Part shown: positions 18,265-28,580 of the stretch, one piece after another
Numbering within the stretch: position 1 is the stretch's first letter
How the letters are laid out: each line of letters starts with the position of its first letter
Source: Candidatus Saganbacteria bacterium
GTDB taxonomy: Bacteria > Margulisbacteria > WOR-1 > JAKLHX01
Direction of reading: 5' to 3'
NCBI GenBank assembly: GCA_026387835.1
Contig: JAPLKZ010000010.1
Coordinates: 206,379 to 238,378, forward strand
Length of the DNA stretch: 32,000 nucleotides
Program-made: the position numbers and the translations under genes
The notes under the pieces: model-generated
The model's database searches: none
What the model was told of the DNA's origin: nothing
Seen by the model: the letters and a program-made list of their open reading frames with translations, nothing else

Positions 18265-19138
18265 ATCTTTTCTCCATCAGGACCAGGATAGGGCTCGCGA
18301 TGAATATCGAGGAATATGCTCCGAGCGTGAAGCCTATCAGAAGGGTAAGTGCAAAGTCCTTTATCGTGGTCCCGCCGAACACAAGGAGACAGACGTTCAT
18401 GAACAGCACGGTAAGCACCGTGTTGATCGACCTGGCCATGGTCTGGTTGATGCTCTCGTTCACGACGCCGACAAAATCCGTCCTGCCTTTTTTCGGCTTC
18501 AGCATGTTCTCTCTTATCCGGTCAAATATCACTATCGTATCGTTTATCGAATAACCGAGTATGGTGAGTATTGCCGCGATAAAAGGCGAATCGACCGTCC
18601 TGAACAGCAGAGCTATCAGCCCGATGGTTATAAAAGCATCGTGCCACAGAGCGATGGTCGCGGCCACGGCATATTTGAATTCGAACCTGAAAGAAACGTA
18701 TATCAGGATGCCGATCGTCGCAAGAAGCAGTGCCCAAAAAGCCTGGGTGCGGAGCTCATTCCCGATAACCGGGCCTATTGTATCGGCCTCAAGAAGTTCT
18801 ATCGGTCCGAACTCCTTCTGCAGTTCTTCGATCATTTTTGATCTGGTCTCGTTCTCAAGGGGTTCCGTTCTGACCGTAAGGTCGTTTTCGCCTGTCAGCT
18901 GGATCACGTTCTCCCTGAAATTGAAGGTCTCAAGGACCTTCCTCACATCACCCAGATGCCCTGCGATAGCCGCTTTTTGTTCAAACCTCAGGGTAAGGAT
19001 GGTCCCCCCGGTAAAATCTATGCCGAAGTTCATGGGCCTTCCCCTGAACATCATATTAGTGGCAATGCCGAAAACACCGAGCAGGATCAAAATTGCCGAA
19101 AGAGTGAACCAAAGTTTGGTCTTTTCAATTATCTTCAT
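18239..19138 (-). CDS. secF: Protein translocase subunit SecF
   Basis: 'GIDFTGGT' and 'GYSINDTIVIFDRIREN' motifs. ATGA overlap with secD. Confidence 0.93.
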   Translation of the reverse strand: MKIIEKTKLWFTLSAILILLGVFGIATNMMFRGRPMNFGIDFTGGTILTLRFEQKAAIAGHLGDVRKVLETFNFRENVIQLTGENDLTVRTEPLENETRSKMIEELQKEFGPIELLEADTIGPVIGNELRTQAFWALLLATIGILIYVSFRFEFKYAVAATIALWHDAFITIGLIALLFRTVDSPFIAAILTILGYSINDTIVIFDRIRENMLKPKKGRTDFVGVVNESINQTMARSINTVLTVLFMNVCLLVFGGTTIKDFALTLLIGFTLGAYSSIFIASPILVLMEKRFGSQKDRR

Positions 19139-20484
19139 TTTTTGCCGAATCCCCTGTAGAGCATGCCGCTTTTAGGGTCAGTGACCAGCTTCCAGTCGAT
19201 CATCAGGTCCATCAGGAACCTTGTCAGCAATATTGCCGTGAACATGCTGACGATGATACCGACACAGAGCGTCACGGCAAAGCCTTTGATCGTGCCCGTA
19301 CCGAAAAAGAAGAGCATGCCCGCCGCGATCACCGTCGTCACGTTAGAATCGAGTATCGCCGCGAAAGCCCTGTGAAAGCTTGTGTCGATCGCCATGCGCA
19401 GGTCTTTTCCGGACTGGAGCTCTTCTTTGAGCCTTTCAAATATTATGACGTTTGCATCGACCGCCATGCCGATAGACAGTAAAAATCCCGCGATGCCGGG
19501 AAGCGTAAGGGTAGTCCGCAGAACGGACAATACAGCCAGAGTAAAAAAGAAATAGAACACCAGAGAAAGATCGGCAAGAAGACCGGGGAAACGATAGTAC
19601 GCGATCATAAATACGATTATCGCAATGATCCCGACAAGACCGGCGAACTTGCTTTTATCAAGTGAATCCCTTCCGAGCGTCGGGCCTACGATCTTTGTCT
19701 CAAGTATCTTTATAGGAACAGGCAGCGACCCGCCCCTGAGCTGGACGACCAGGTCCTGGACCTGTTCGATCGTGAAACTCCCGGATATCTGGGCCCTTCC
19801 TGAAGGTATCGGCTCTCTCACGCTCGGGGCGGAAATTATTTTTTTGTCGAGAAGGATCGCGATCGGCTTGCCCACATTCCTCTCCGTCACGTTGGCAAAC
19901 GTACCGGCTCCTTTGGCGTTGAACTCAATGTCTACATTGGGATTCCCGAATTCATCCACCCCGGGCCAGGATCCTTTAAGATCGGCGCCCGTCAGGACCG
20001 TGCCTTTTAATATGATGGGCCTTTCGCTTATGATCCTTCCGTCCCTTCTGTCGATATATTTGTCGATCCTTGCACCTTTACCGTAGACCTGCTCCACTTT
20101 TGAAGGGGAAAGCACTGATTCATCGCCCGGAGCCCATTCGGCTTCCGCGAATTCAAGAAGTGCTGTCTCTCCAAGTACTTTTATGGCGTGTTCAGGGTCT
20201 TTTATCCCGGGAAGCTCAAGCACTATCTGGTTCGATCCCTTTTTTTGGATCATCGGTTCCGTCACGCCCAGAGCGTCGATCCTATTCCGTATAACAGCCA
20301 TCACTCCGGAAACGGCCTCGTCACCGGCTTTATAATCTTTGGTCGACTGAGCTTCAAGTACCAGTCTCGTGCCTCCCTGGATATCCAGGCCTAATATAAG
20401 AGGAAATTTATATGCGATGAAAGCCGCTGCCGCGACAAGGACCAACAGAGAAAGGACTTTAAGCTTTGTTAAATTTTCACCCAT
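19135..20484 (-). CDS. secD: Protein translocase subunit SecD
   Basis: 'GLDIQGGT', 'LGVTEPMIQKKG', 'LEFAEA' and 'GMAVDANVIIFERLKEE'. The start was set at M25 (ATG 20484), just before the first TM helix; the 20556 start cannot be excluded. Confidence 0.9.
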   Translation of the reverse strand: MGENLTKLKVLSLLVLVAAAAFIAYKFPLILGLDIQGGTRLVLEAQSTKDYKAGDEAVSGVMAVIRNRIDALGVTEPMIQKKGSNQIVLELPGIKDPEHAIKVLGETALLEFAEAEWAPGDESVLSPSKVEQVYGKGARIDKYIDRRDGRIISERPIILKGTVLTGADLKGSWPGVDEFGNPNVDIEFNAKGAGTFANVTERNVGKPIAILLDKKIISAPSVREPIPSGRAQISGSFTIEQVQDLVVQLRGGSLPVPIKILETKIVGPTLGRDSLDKSKFAGLVGIIAIIVFMIAYYRFPGLLADLSLVFYFFFTLAVLSVLRTTLTLPGIAGFLLSIGMAVDANVIIFERLKEELQSGKDLRMAIDTSFHRAFAAILDSNVTTVIAAGMLFFFGTGTIKGFAVTLCVGIIVSMFTAILLTRFLMDLMIDWKLVTDPKSGMLYRGFGKK

Positions 20485-20583
20485 GTTTGCTGTTTTGATT
20501 ATAGCAAAATTAAGTGAAATTTTCAAAAAATGCGTCCGATAAAGATTTGCAGACAATTTTATGAGGCCAAAGGAGGAACGGAT

Positions 20584-21564
20584 ATGAAAGCAGTAAGTTC
20601 ACTGGTTGGGTGGGGGAAAGCGAATGCCAGATTTAATAATAATCTACTGAAAGTCCCGGGGCATCCCGCGAACAGGATCGTTTTTTCGGGGATAGGAGAT
20701 GAAGCGGGACTCCCTATCGAAGCGCAGATAAGGGCTCATAAAGAATTGGGATGGGAACATATCGATCTTCGCCTGGTGCCTGATGTCGACGGGACAGCAA
20801 AAAATATTACTTTAGTCCAGCCGGAAGTCTTTGCCAATGTTAAAAAGGCGATCCTAGATGCAAAAATGTCTGTCGCCTGTTTTGAGACCTCCATAGCAAA
20901 CTGGAATAGGCCCATTAACGGCAATTTTGAAATAGATGTCCAAGAACTTAAATCGGCGATCGAAAGGATGAAACCGTTCGGCACTACTTTTATAAGGATA
21001 ATGTCATGGCAGAGAGTTCCGGAAATGGCCCTTGATATTACGAAAGATAACGTTCTCGCCAGAATGGATACACTTGTTACTATCGCGGAACAAGCCAAGG
21101 TCACATTACTTCTTGAAAATTGCGCGGGGTGGGCCGGAGAATCCCCTGAAAATTTCAACTGGCTGGTCCGTACAGTTGACTCTCCTAATCTCGCCTCCCT
21201 TTACGATACGGGCAACCCTGTTTCATATCTGCAGGACCCGATGAAGATGTACCTGGGCGTAAAAGAATGGACGCGCTATGTTCATATAAAAGATTGTACA
21301 AACTTATCAGGAAAAAAAGGTTTGGAAGCTTACACTTATCCCGGGGTGGGCCAAGGCCGGGTAAAAGATACTATAAAAGATCTTCTCCTTTCCGGATATC
21401 AGGGGGCGCTTGTGATCGAGCCCCATCTCGCGGCGGTGATACATAAAGGCACGACCGCAGATCCTCAGATATTATATGACTCCTATGTAAATTATGGTCT
21501 CAGGCTTCAGAATTTAGTTAAAATTGTCCAGAGAGAGATCGCAGAAGGAGGAATAATAAAATGA
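20584..21564 (+). CDS. Sugar phosphate isomerase/epimerase (xylose isomerase-like TIM barrel)
   Basis: Family-typical layout ('FSGIGDE', 'ELGWEHIDLR', 'LLLENCAGW', 'HIKD'). AGGAGG lies 6 nt upstream of the ATG at 20584. Confidence 0.6.
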   Translation: MKAVSSLVGWGKANARFNNNLLKVPGHPANRIVFSGIGDEAGLPIEAQIRAHKELGWEHIDLRLVPDVDGTAKNITLVQPEVFANVKKAILDAKMSVACFETSIANWNRPINGNFEIDVQELKSAIERMKPFGTTFIRIMSWQRVPEMALDITKDNVLARMDTLVTIAEQAKVTLLLENCAGWAGESPENFNWLVRTVDSPNLASLYDTGNPVSYLQDPMKMYLGVKEWTRYVHIKDCTNLSGKKGLEAYTYPGVGQGRVKDTIKDLLLSGYQGALVIEPHLAAVIHKGTTADPQILYDSYVNYGLRLQNLVKIVQREIAEGGIIK

Positions 21565-22727
21565 ACATTAGCTCAATAAAAGCGAAGCCGTTCAGCAGAG
21601 CCGATCTTTCAAAGTCTTTTATTCCGCAGGCGTTCATAAAAGGAAGGGGGGGTTCTTTTTGCGGGACCACTGTTGTTGACCAGCTCCTCCCGGTAAGCGG
21701 CGCCCCGGGTGAAGATAAACTTGTGATAGCAACAGGGGAAAGGGTCATGTCCACAGGCGGACTCGTGTGCAATGACGCTATTGCCATGAGGAAATTAATG
21801 CCCATCCCTGTACAGGCAGTAGGGCTTTTGGGAGCTCTTGATGACGGCAGGATCGACGGTGAAGGGGCTTGGGCCCGGGCCGAATTGCAAAAACACGGGA
21901 TAGATGTTACCGGGCTTGTTCCCATGAAAAGCAGGTCCACGTCTTTTACCTGGATACCGACAAATGATAAGACCGGCAAAAGAGGTTTTATCCACAACGC
22001 AGGCGCCTGCAGCGTGTTCGACGGATCAACTTTTCCTTTTGACAAGACCTGGGACCAATCGATCGCGTTTATCGGTTACATGAACCTTCTTCCCGCGCTG
22101 TATGCCAACGAAGGAAGAGGAGCTGCCGAACTTTTTCAGGAGATCCACAGAAGAAAGGGCTCATTGATCGGTGTTGATTTTACTGATATCTATGATAATG
22201 AATTCAAGGACGTTTTCGCGGCATCAGCCCGGAATGTAGATTTCATGATCATAAATGAGACTTCTCTGGCCAAAGCAACGGACATCGATTTCTCAGCCCC
22301 GGGAGATGACGTTGACGGCGACAAGCTTTTGTCTGCCGCACAAACTGTCATTGAACAAAACCCTACACTGAACTGGCTGGCGATCCACTGGCCGAAAGGC
22401 GGATTGTTCTACAGAAACGACCATCTTGCAGTAGCATTCCCGGCTTACCAACGCGATCAAAAAGAGATAGCAGGAACAACAGGAGCAGGAGACAACTGGG
22501 CTGCAGGGTTTCTGGCAGCCGCATATTACGGCAATGGGCCTTTGTACGCGCTTGCTCTCGGGACGGCAGCGGCATCTAAGTCATTAGAGCATATTTCCGC
22601 TACAGGAGCTTCCGGAAGCTTTCAGGAACTTCACTCTCTGATGAAAAAATGCGGCCACAAACCATTGGCGGCCGGATTGGCCCAGTTCGCTCTGCCGGAT
22701 TCTGAATTGACCTGGAATATGCCATGA
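21561..22727 (+). CDS. PfkB-family carbohydrate kinase
   Basis: C-terminal 'GTTGAGDNWAAGFLAA' PfkB signature and a ribokinase-like fold pattern. ATGA overlap with the isomerase gene. Confidence 0.6.
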   Translation: MNISSIKAKPFSRADLSKSFIPQAFIKGRGGSFCGTTVVDQLLPVSGAPGEDKLVIATGERVMSTGGLVCNDAIAMRKLMPIPVQAVGLLGALDDGRIDGEGAWARAELQKHGIDVTGLVPMKSRSTSFTWIPTNDKTGKRGFIHNAGACSVFDGSTFPFDKTWDQSIAFIGYMNLLPALYANEGRGAAELFQEIHRRKGSLIGVDFTDIYDNEFKDVFAASARNVDFMIINETSLAKATDIDFSAPGDDVDGDKLLSAAQTVIEQNPTLNWLAIHWPKGGLFYRNDHLAVAFPAYQRDQKEIAGTTGAGDNWAAGFLAAAYYGNGPLYALALGTAAASKSLEHISATGASGSFQELHSLMKKCGHKPLAAGLAQFALPDSELTWNMP

Positions 22728-22745
22728 ATAATGCCAAAATAGAGG

Positions 22746-22931
22746 TCAGGGATTGATGCAGTTGCCTATGCTCCTGTCGCCTGTCTTTTCAGCTTCCCTG
22801 CTGAAATAGCACGCCGGCACCTCGCCTAATTGCCTGTGGTAATGTAAGCACTCGCAGCACTTGAATTTTTTTTCGCACGAAAAAGTGCAGTTGCAGTATT
22901 TTTTGTTTTTCTCAAGATTTGGACAATCCAT
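22746..22931 (-). CDS. Small Cys-rich protein (61 aa, 9 Cys); resembles the DUF6485-type 'CNC...CCEC..YH....PAC.F' family as I recall it
   Basis: GGAGG lies 7 nt upstream of the ATG. The conserved-looking Cys pattern is 'CPN....[32 protein letters not shown]'. Confidence 0.6.
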   Translation of the reverse strand: MDCPNLEKNKKYCNCTFSCEKKFKCCECLHYHRQLGEVPACYFSREAEKTGDRSIGNCINP

Positions 22932-22962
22932 ATATTATCCTCCGTTTATGTTTTTTTATTGC

Positions 22963-22991
22963 GTTATCAGTTATTAGTTATAAGTTATCGG

Positions 22992-22994
<3 letters not shown>
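22963..22994. repeat. Tandem heptamer array GTTATNN x4.5 (GTTATCA GTTATTA GTTATAA GTTATCG GTTA)
   Basis: Read directly from the sequence. It fills the gap between the endoQ stop (which it overlaps) and the Cys-rich gene's RBS. Confidence 0.7.
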
Positions 22995-25287
<2,293 letters not shown>

Positions 25288-25290
25288 TCA

Positions 25291-25299
25291 ATTATACAA
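25291..25299 (-). promoter_or_regulatory. Extended -10 element TGTTATAAT placed 6 nt upstream of the tgt ATG (possible leaderless transcript)
   Basis: The minus strand reads ...ATTGTATAAT-TGAGGC-ATG. There is no SD at functional spacing and no convincing -35. Confidence 0.3.
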
Positions 25300-25382
25300 T
25301 AGATGATTTATGATAAAAGGATTAATTGGTTATATTATTGCCAAATAAATCTATATCCGGCATCAGTTCTCCGGTTGTTTCC

Positions 25383-25964
25383 TTAACGGTTTAAGTCCTC
25401 GAGAAGTCGAACCGCGTGACTCTTGAAGCGAAGCCCTGCAAGATTGAAGCTGTGGCATTCGAGGGTCAAGCGGCGAAGAAAAAAAAGTTTTCGCGATATC
25501 GGGGTTTTTGTCCATTCCCAATTTCTTCCGGATAGTTGGCATCTGACTTTTGCCGCAGCATATAACCATTCTTTTTCGGTTGGAAGCCTAAAACTTCTTC
25601 CGGTCATTTCGCTCAACCATTCAGCATATGCCAGGCCGTCATTCAAGCTTATATATGTTGCCGTTATGCTTTGATCTGTTCCGGCAAGAGTTTGTTTTAG
25701 GGATCTCGCGTTTTGGCCAGCAATCTCGTATTCTGCACTACTAACAAATTGGCCGAATTGGCCTATTGTCAGCTCGTCTTTCATTATTCTAAAAGACTTT
25801 TCGGTAATTTTTACGAACGCCGGTATTTCTATGCGCGATAAGACTACCTTATTCCCTCGCATTATTCTATCTGCTCCTGATAATGCGGCTCTAAAGTCTC
25901 GACTTGATACTGGTTTCCCCCCGCTTGTCCATCCGCTCATGATCCCTCTAATACTGTTCGTCAT
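25383..25964 (-). CDS. Short formylglycine-generating-enzyme (FGE/SUMF1)-like domain protein, 193 aa
   Basis: 'MKDELTIGQFGQFV', 'NDGLAYAEWLSEMTGRSFRLPTEKEWLYAA', 'NWEWT' and 'GLRF' follow the FGE-sulfatase fold motifs. It is much shorter than typical FGE domains. Confidence 0.7.
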   Translation of the reverse strand: MTNSIRGIMSGWTSGGKPVSSRDFRAALSGADRIMRGNKVVLSRIEIPAFVKITEKSFRIMKDELTIGQFGQFVSSAEYEIAGQNARSLKQTLAGTDQSITATYISLNDGLAYAEWLSEMTGRSFRLPTEKEWLYAAAKVRCQLSGRNWEWTKTPISRKLFFLRRLTLECHSFNLAGLRFKSHAVRLLEDLNR

Positions 25965-26135
25965 TTTTCTCCTATCGATATTTTTGCCATATCCTCAACC
26001 GCTTAATTATGGCGTTATTTTTATCTATATATGTATCGAATAGAAATATCGGGGATTTCACTTTTTTTATTTGTAATTCGGTGCAATCTGCGATCTATGC
26101 GACCGGGATTTTACAAGTCATTCTATGCTTTTGAC

Positions 26136-26164
26136 TTGACATTTAGATGTTTAGCTTGTATCAT
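26136..26164 (+). promoter_or_regulatory. Sigma70-type promoter for vapBC (TTGACA, 17-nt spacer, TATCAT)
   Basis: -35 TTGACA at 26136-26141 and -10 TATCAT at 26159-26164 with a 17-nt spacer. The RBS GAGGTG is at 26171-26176 and the ATG at 26184. Confidence 0.55.
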
Positions 26165-26183
26165 ACTCTCGAGGTGCACCGTA

Positions 26184-26417
26184 ATGACAATAAAGACCAC
26201 AGTATCAAAAAGAGGCCAGACAGCTGTTCCGGCTGAGATCTGCAACAAGTACGGAATAAAAGCGGGACAAAAGATAGCGTGGCTCGATCTCGGGAATATG
26301 GTCAGCGTGGTCCCCGTACCGGAAAATCCAATAAAATCATTCCGCGGGAGTTCAAGTGGTCTGTATAAGACCCTTATCAGCGAAAGGAAAAAAGAAAGAA
26401 AACGTGAAAAAGACTAG
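26184..26417 (+). CDS. vapB: AbrB/SpoVT-family antitoxin (VapB-like)
   Basis: 'TVSKRGQTAVPAEICNKYGIKAGQKIAW' swapped-hairpin motif with a basic C-terminal tail. It sits directly upstream of, and overlaps, a PIN gene. Confidence 0.8.
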   Translation: MTIKTTVSKRGQTAVPAEICNKYGIKAGQKIAWLDLGNMVSVVPVPENPIKSFRGSSSGLYKTLISERKKERKREKD

Positions 26418-26820
26418 GTCATTCGTCCTTGACACCTCGGCAGTCTTCTGCCTTAAAGACAACGAGAACGGCGCCTCAAAGGTAGAGGATATTATAAAGT
26501 CGTGCGCCAAGGGGCAGTGCGAAATATATATTTCCTTTATGACCCTTATGGAGTATTACTATATCAGCACCATCCGGCTCGGCGAAGACTCGGCACGCCA
26601 GGCTTATCATCAACTGACCTTGCTTCCTTTTATTGTCATAGAAAGCGATGAAGAACTCGGCCTTGCAGCCGCGGAATTGAAAGCAAACCACAATATTTCC
26701 GTCGCCGATTCCTGGATAGCCGCGATCGCGCTAAAGACAAACTCTGTTCTTGTCCATCGGGACCCTGAGTTTGGATCTATTTCTAAACATGTGAAGTGTC
26801 TTGCCCTGCCGTATAAATAA
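26404..26820 (+). CDS. vapC: PIN-domain ribonuclease toxin (VapC-like)
   Basis: The N-terminal 'FVLDTSAV' acidic motif and the later 'SVADSWIAAIA' and 'LVHRDPEF' are typical of VapC. A GTG start at 26404 gives a 14-nt overlap with vapB. Confidence 0.78.
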   Translation: MKKTRSFVLDTSAVFCLKDNENGASKVEDIIKSCAKGQCEIYISFMTLMEYYYISTIRLGEDSARQAYHQLTLLPFIVIESDEELGLAAAELKANHNISVADSWIAAIALKTNSVLVHRDPEFGSISKHVKCLALPYK

Positions 26821-26823
26821 GAA

Positions 26824-27876
26824 CTACAGTATCAGCATCGCATCGCCGAAGGAATAAAAGCGGTATCTTTCTTTTATCGCAGTCTCATACGCGCGCTTTA
26901 TAGTTTCATTTCCCGCAAAAGCACTCACAAGCATGAGCAGAGTAGACTTGGGAAAGTGGAAATTGGTTATCATCCGGTCGACAACGTTGAATTTAAAAGG
27001 CGGGTATATGAATATTTTTGCGCTGTCCTTTGTTTCTTTAACCTTCCCATGTTTTAAAAAACAATCCTCGAGTGTTCGGACAACGGTCGTCCCGACAGCG
27101 ACCACTTTATGCTTGTCTTTTTTTGCCTTGTTTATATAGAACTCGACTTCAGGGCCTATCTCGTATTCCTCTTCGAACATCTCGTGGTCTTCTATTCTCT
27201 CCGCGGTGACTGGTTTGAACGTTCCGACGCCCGGGTGAAGAGTGATGCTCGCCATCTCGACGCCTTTTGTCTCAATGGCGACAAGCAGTTCTTTCGTAAA
27301 ATGAAGCCCGGCTGTCGGAGCGGCAGAGGCACCTTCCTTTTTCGCGTAGACCGTCTGGTAGCGCTCTTTCATTTCGGAAGAATTCCTTTGCGGTTCATCG
27401 AGCCTCTGGCTTATATACGGCGGCAGGGGGACTTTGCCGATCTCTTCCAGCAATGAATTAAGATCGCCTTCGCAGTCGAACTTTATTATCCGCCTCAGAT
27501 CATCGACCTCTTTGATAACGGTTCCTCTGCACTTTTCAAAATCTATCTCATATCCCTTCTTTACTCTTTTTGCGGGCTGCACAAGACATTCCCATGTGTT
27601 CTCTTCAAACAATATCTTCTTTAGCAGAAGGACTTCGACCTTACCGCCGCCGTTTACTTTCCTGCCGAACAGCCTGGCAGGGATCACTTTAGTGTCATTT
27701 AATATCAGGAGATCGCCTTTTTGCAAATAGTCCGGGAGGTCTGAAAATTTTTTATGCGCTGTTTCGCGGCTTTCCCTGTCAATGATCATCAGCCGCGAGG
27801 AATCCCTTTTTCCCAAAGGCTTTGATGCTATCAGGTCCTCGGGGAGAGGATAGTCAAATTCGCTGGTAAGTGTCAT
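26824..27876 (-). CDS. queA: S-adenosylmethionine:tRNA ribosyltransferase-isomerase
   Basis: 'FDYPLPEDLIA', 'RDSSRLM', 'LILNDTKVIPARL', 'VPLPPYI', 'YQTVYA' and 'GAMLIL'-type C-terminus. Confidence 0.94.
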   Translation of the reverse strand: MTLTSEFDYPLPEDLIASKPLGKRDSSRLMIIDRESRETAHKKFSDLPDYLQKGDLLILNDTKVIPARLFGRKVNGGGKVEVLLLKKILFEENTWECLVQPAKRVKKGYEIDFEKCRGTVIKEVDDLRRIIKFDCEGDLNSLLEEIGKVPLPPYISQRLDEPQRNSSEMKERYQTVYAKKEGASAAPTAGLHFTKELLVAIETKGVEMASITLHPGVGTFKPVTAERIEDHEMFEEEYEIGPEVEFYINKAKKDKHKVVAVGTTVVRTLEDCFLKHGKVKETKDSAKIFIYPPFKFNVVDRMITNFHFPKSTLLMLVSAFAGNETIKRAYETAIKERYRFYSFGDAMLIL

Positions 27877-27885
27877 CCGGGAACT

Positions 27886-28512
27886 TTATGATTTTAGCTG
27901 GAACTTCACCGGGATCTTGAACCAGGCTTCTATGGCTTCTTTCTGGCTGACGGCCGGTTCAAATCTCCACTGCGAGACCCCTGCTATCGCCGACCTGTCC
28001 AGTATCTCGTGTCCGGATGTCTGTTCAAGAACGGCGTCCCCCACTCTTCCGTTCTTCAGTATGAATATCTTAACGACAGCGGTCCCCTGCATCCCGCCTT
28101 CGATCGCCTTGACCGGATAATCCGGAATAGATCTATAAACTATTTTTGGCGGGAATATGCCCGCAGATGCCGGGGATGCCTGAGAAAGCACCATGTTCTC
28201 AGAAGCCGCGCTTCCTGCTTTGTCGATTACTGCTGTTTTAGGAGCGGCGGCGGCCGAAGGCTTTGCCAGGCTCATGAAACTGCCGACTTTTACCGCGTTC
28301 TTATTTGTCTTTGCTTCTATCACAGGCATGACCGAAAGCTCGGTCGAGACCGTAAATACCGGGACCACCCTCTCGACTTTCACGAAAGAGCTTTCCAGCT
28401 TTGCCACTCCCCACGCGAAAGTGATCAGCAGGAACATCGCTATTACTACGGACAGGTCGACTTCGGGGATCCTCGACAGTCTCATCCCGGTCAGTCTTTC
28501 TTTGTATAACAT
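27886..28512 (-). CDS. tonB: Energy transducer TonB
   Basis: N-terminal anchor helix, an Ala/Pro-rich linker, and the C-terminal TonB domain 'YPVKAIEGGMQGTAVVKIFILKNGRV..V.LEQTSGHEILDRSAI..VSQWRFEP'. GGAGGA RBS upstream of the ATG at 28512. Confidence 0.85.
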   Translation of the reverse strand: MLYKERLTGMRLSRIPEVDLSVVIAMFLLITFAWGVAKLESSFVKVERVVPVFTVSTELSVMPVIEAKTNKNAVKVGSFMSLAKPSAAAAPKTAVIDKAGSAASENMVLSQASPASAGIFPPKIVYRSIPDYPVKAIEGGMQGTAVVKIFILKNGRVGDAVLEQTSGHEILDRSAIAGVSQWRFEPAVSQKEAIEAWFKIPVKFQLKS

Positions 28513-28580
28513 TTTGTTTCCTCCTTTTATATTTTACTCTACAATATTTTTCGGGTCAACTAAAATCCTCTATTCCCCTG

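Noticed and set aside
25363-25569. An alternative-frame 68-aa ORF overlapping the 3' end of the FGE-like gene, considered as evidence of a frameshifted pseudogene.
   Set aside because: The main frame stays open through the NWEWT and GLRF motifs to a normal stop, and the alternative frame has no FGE-like motifs. Truncation relative to full-length FGE domains is still noted in the findings.
26031-26183. The 51-codon upstream extension of the vapB ORF.
   Set aside because: It contains the TTGACA-17-TATCAT promoter and the GAGGTG RBS for the ATG at 26184. The AbrB-type domain begins right after that ATG.
27941-27980. A GGTTCAAATC string resembling a tRNA T-loop.
   Set aside because: The flanking bases cannot form a T-stem or acceptor stem, and the string sits inside the well-supported tonB coding region.
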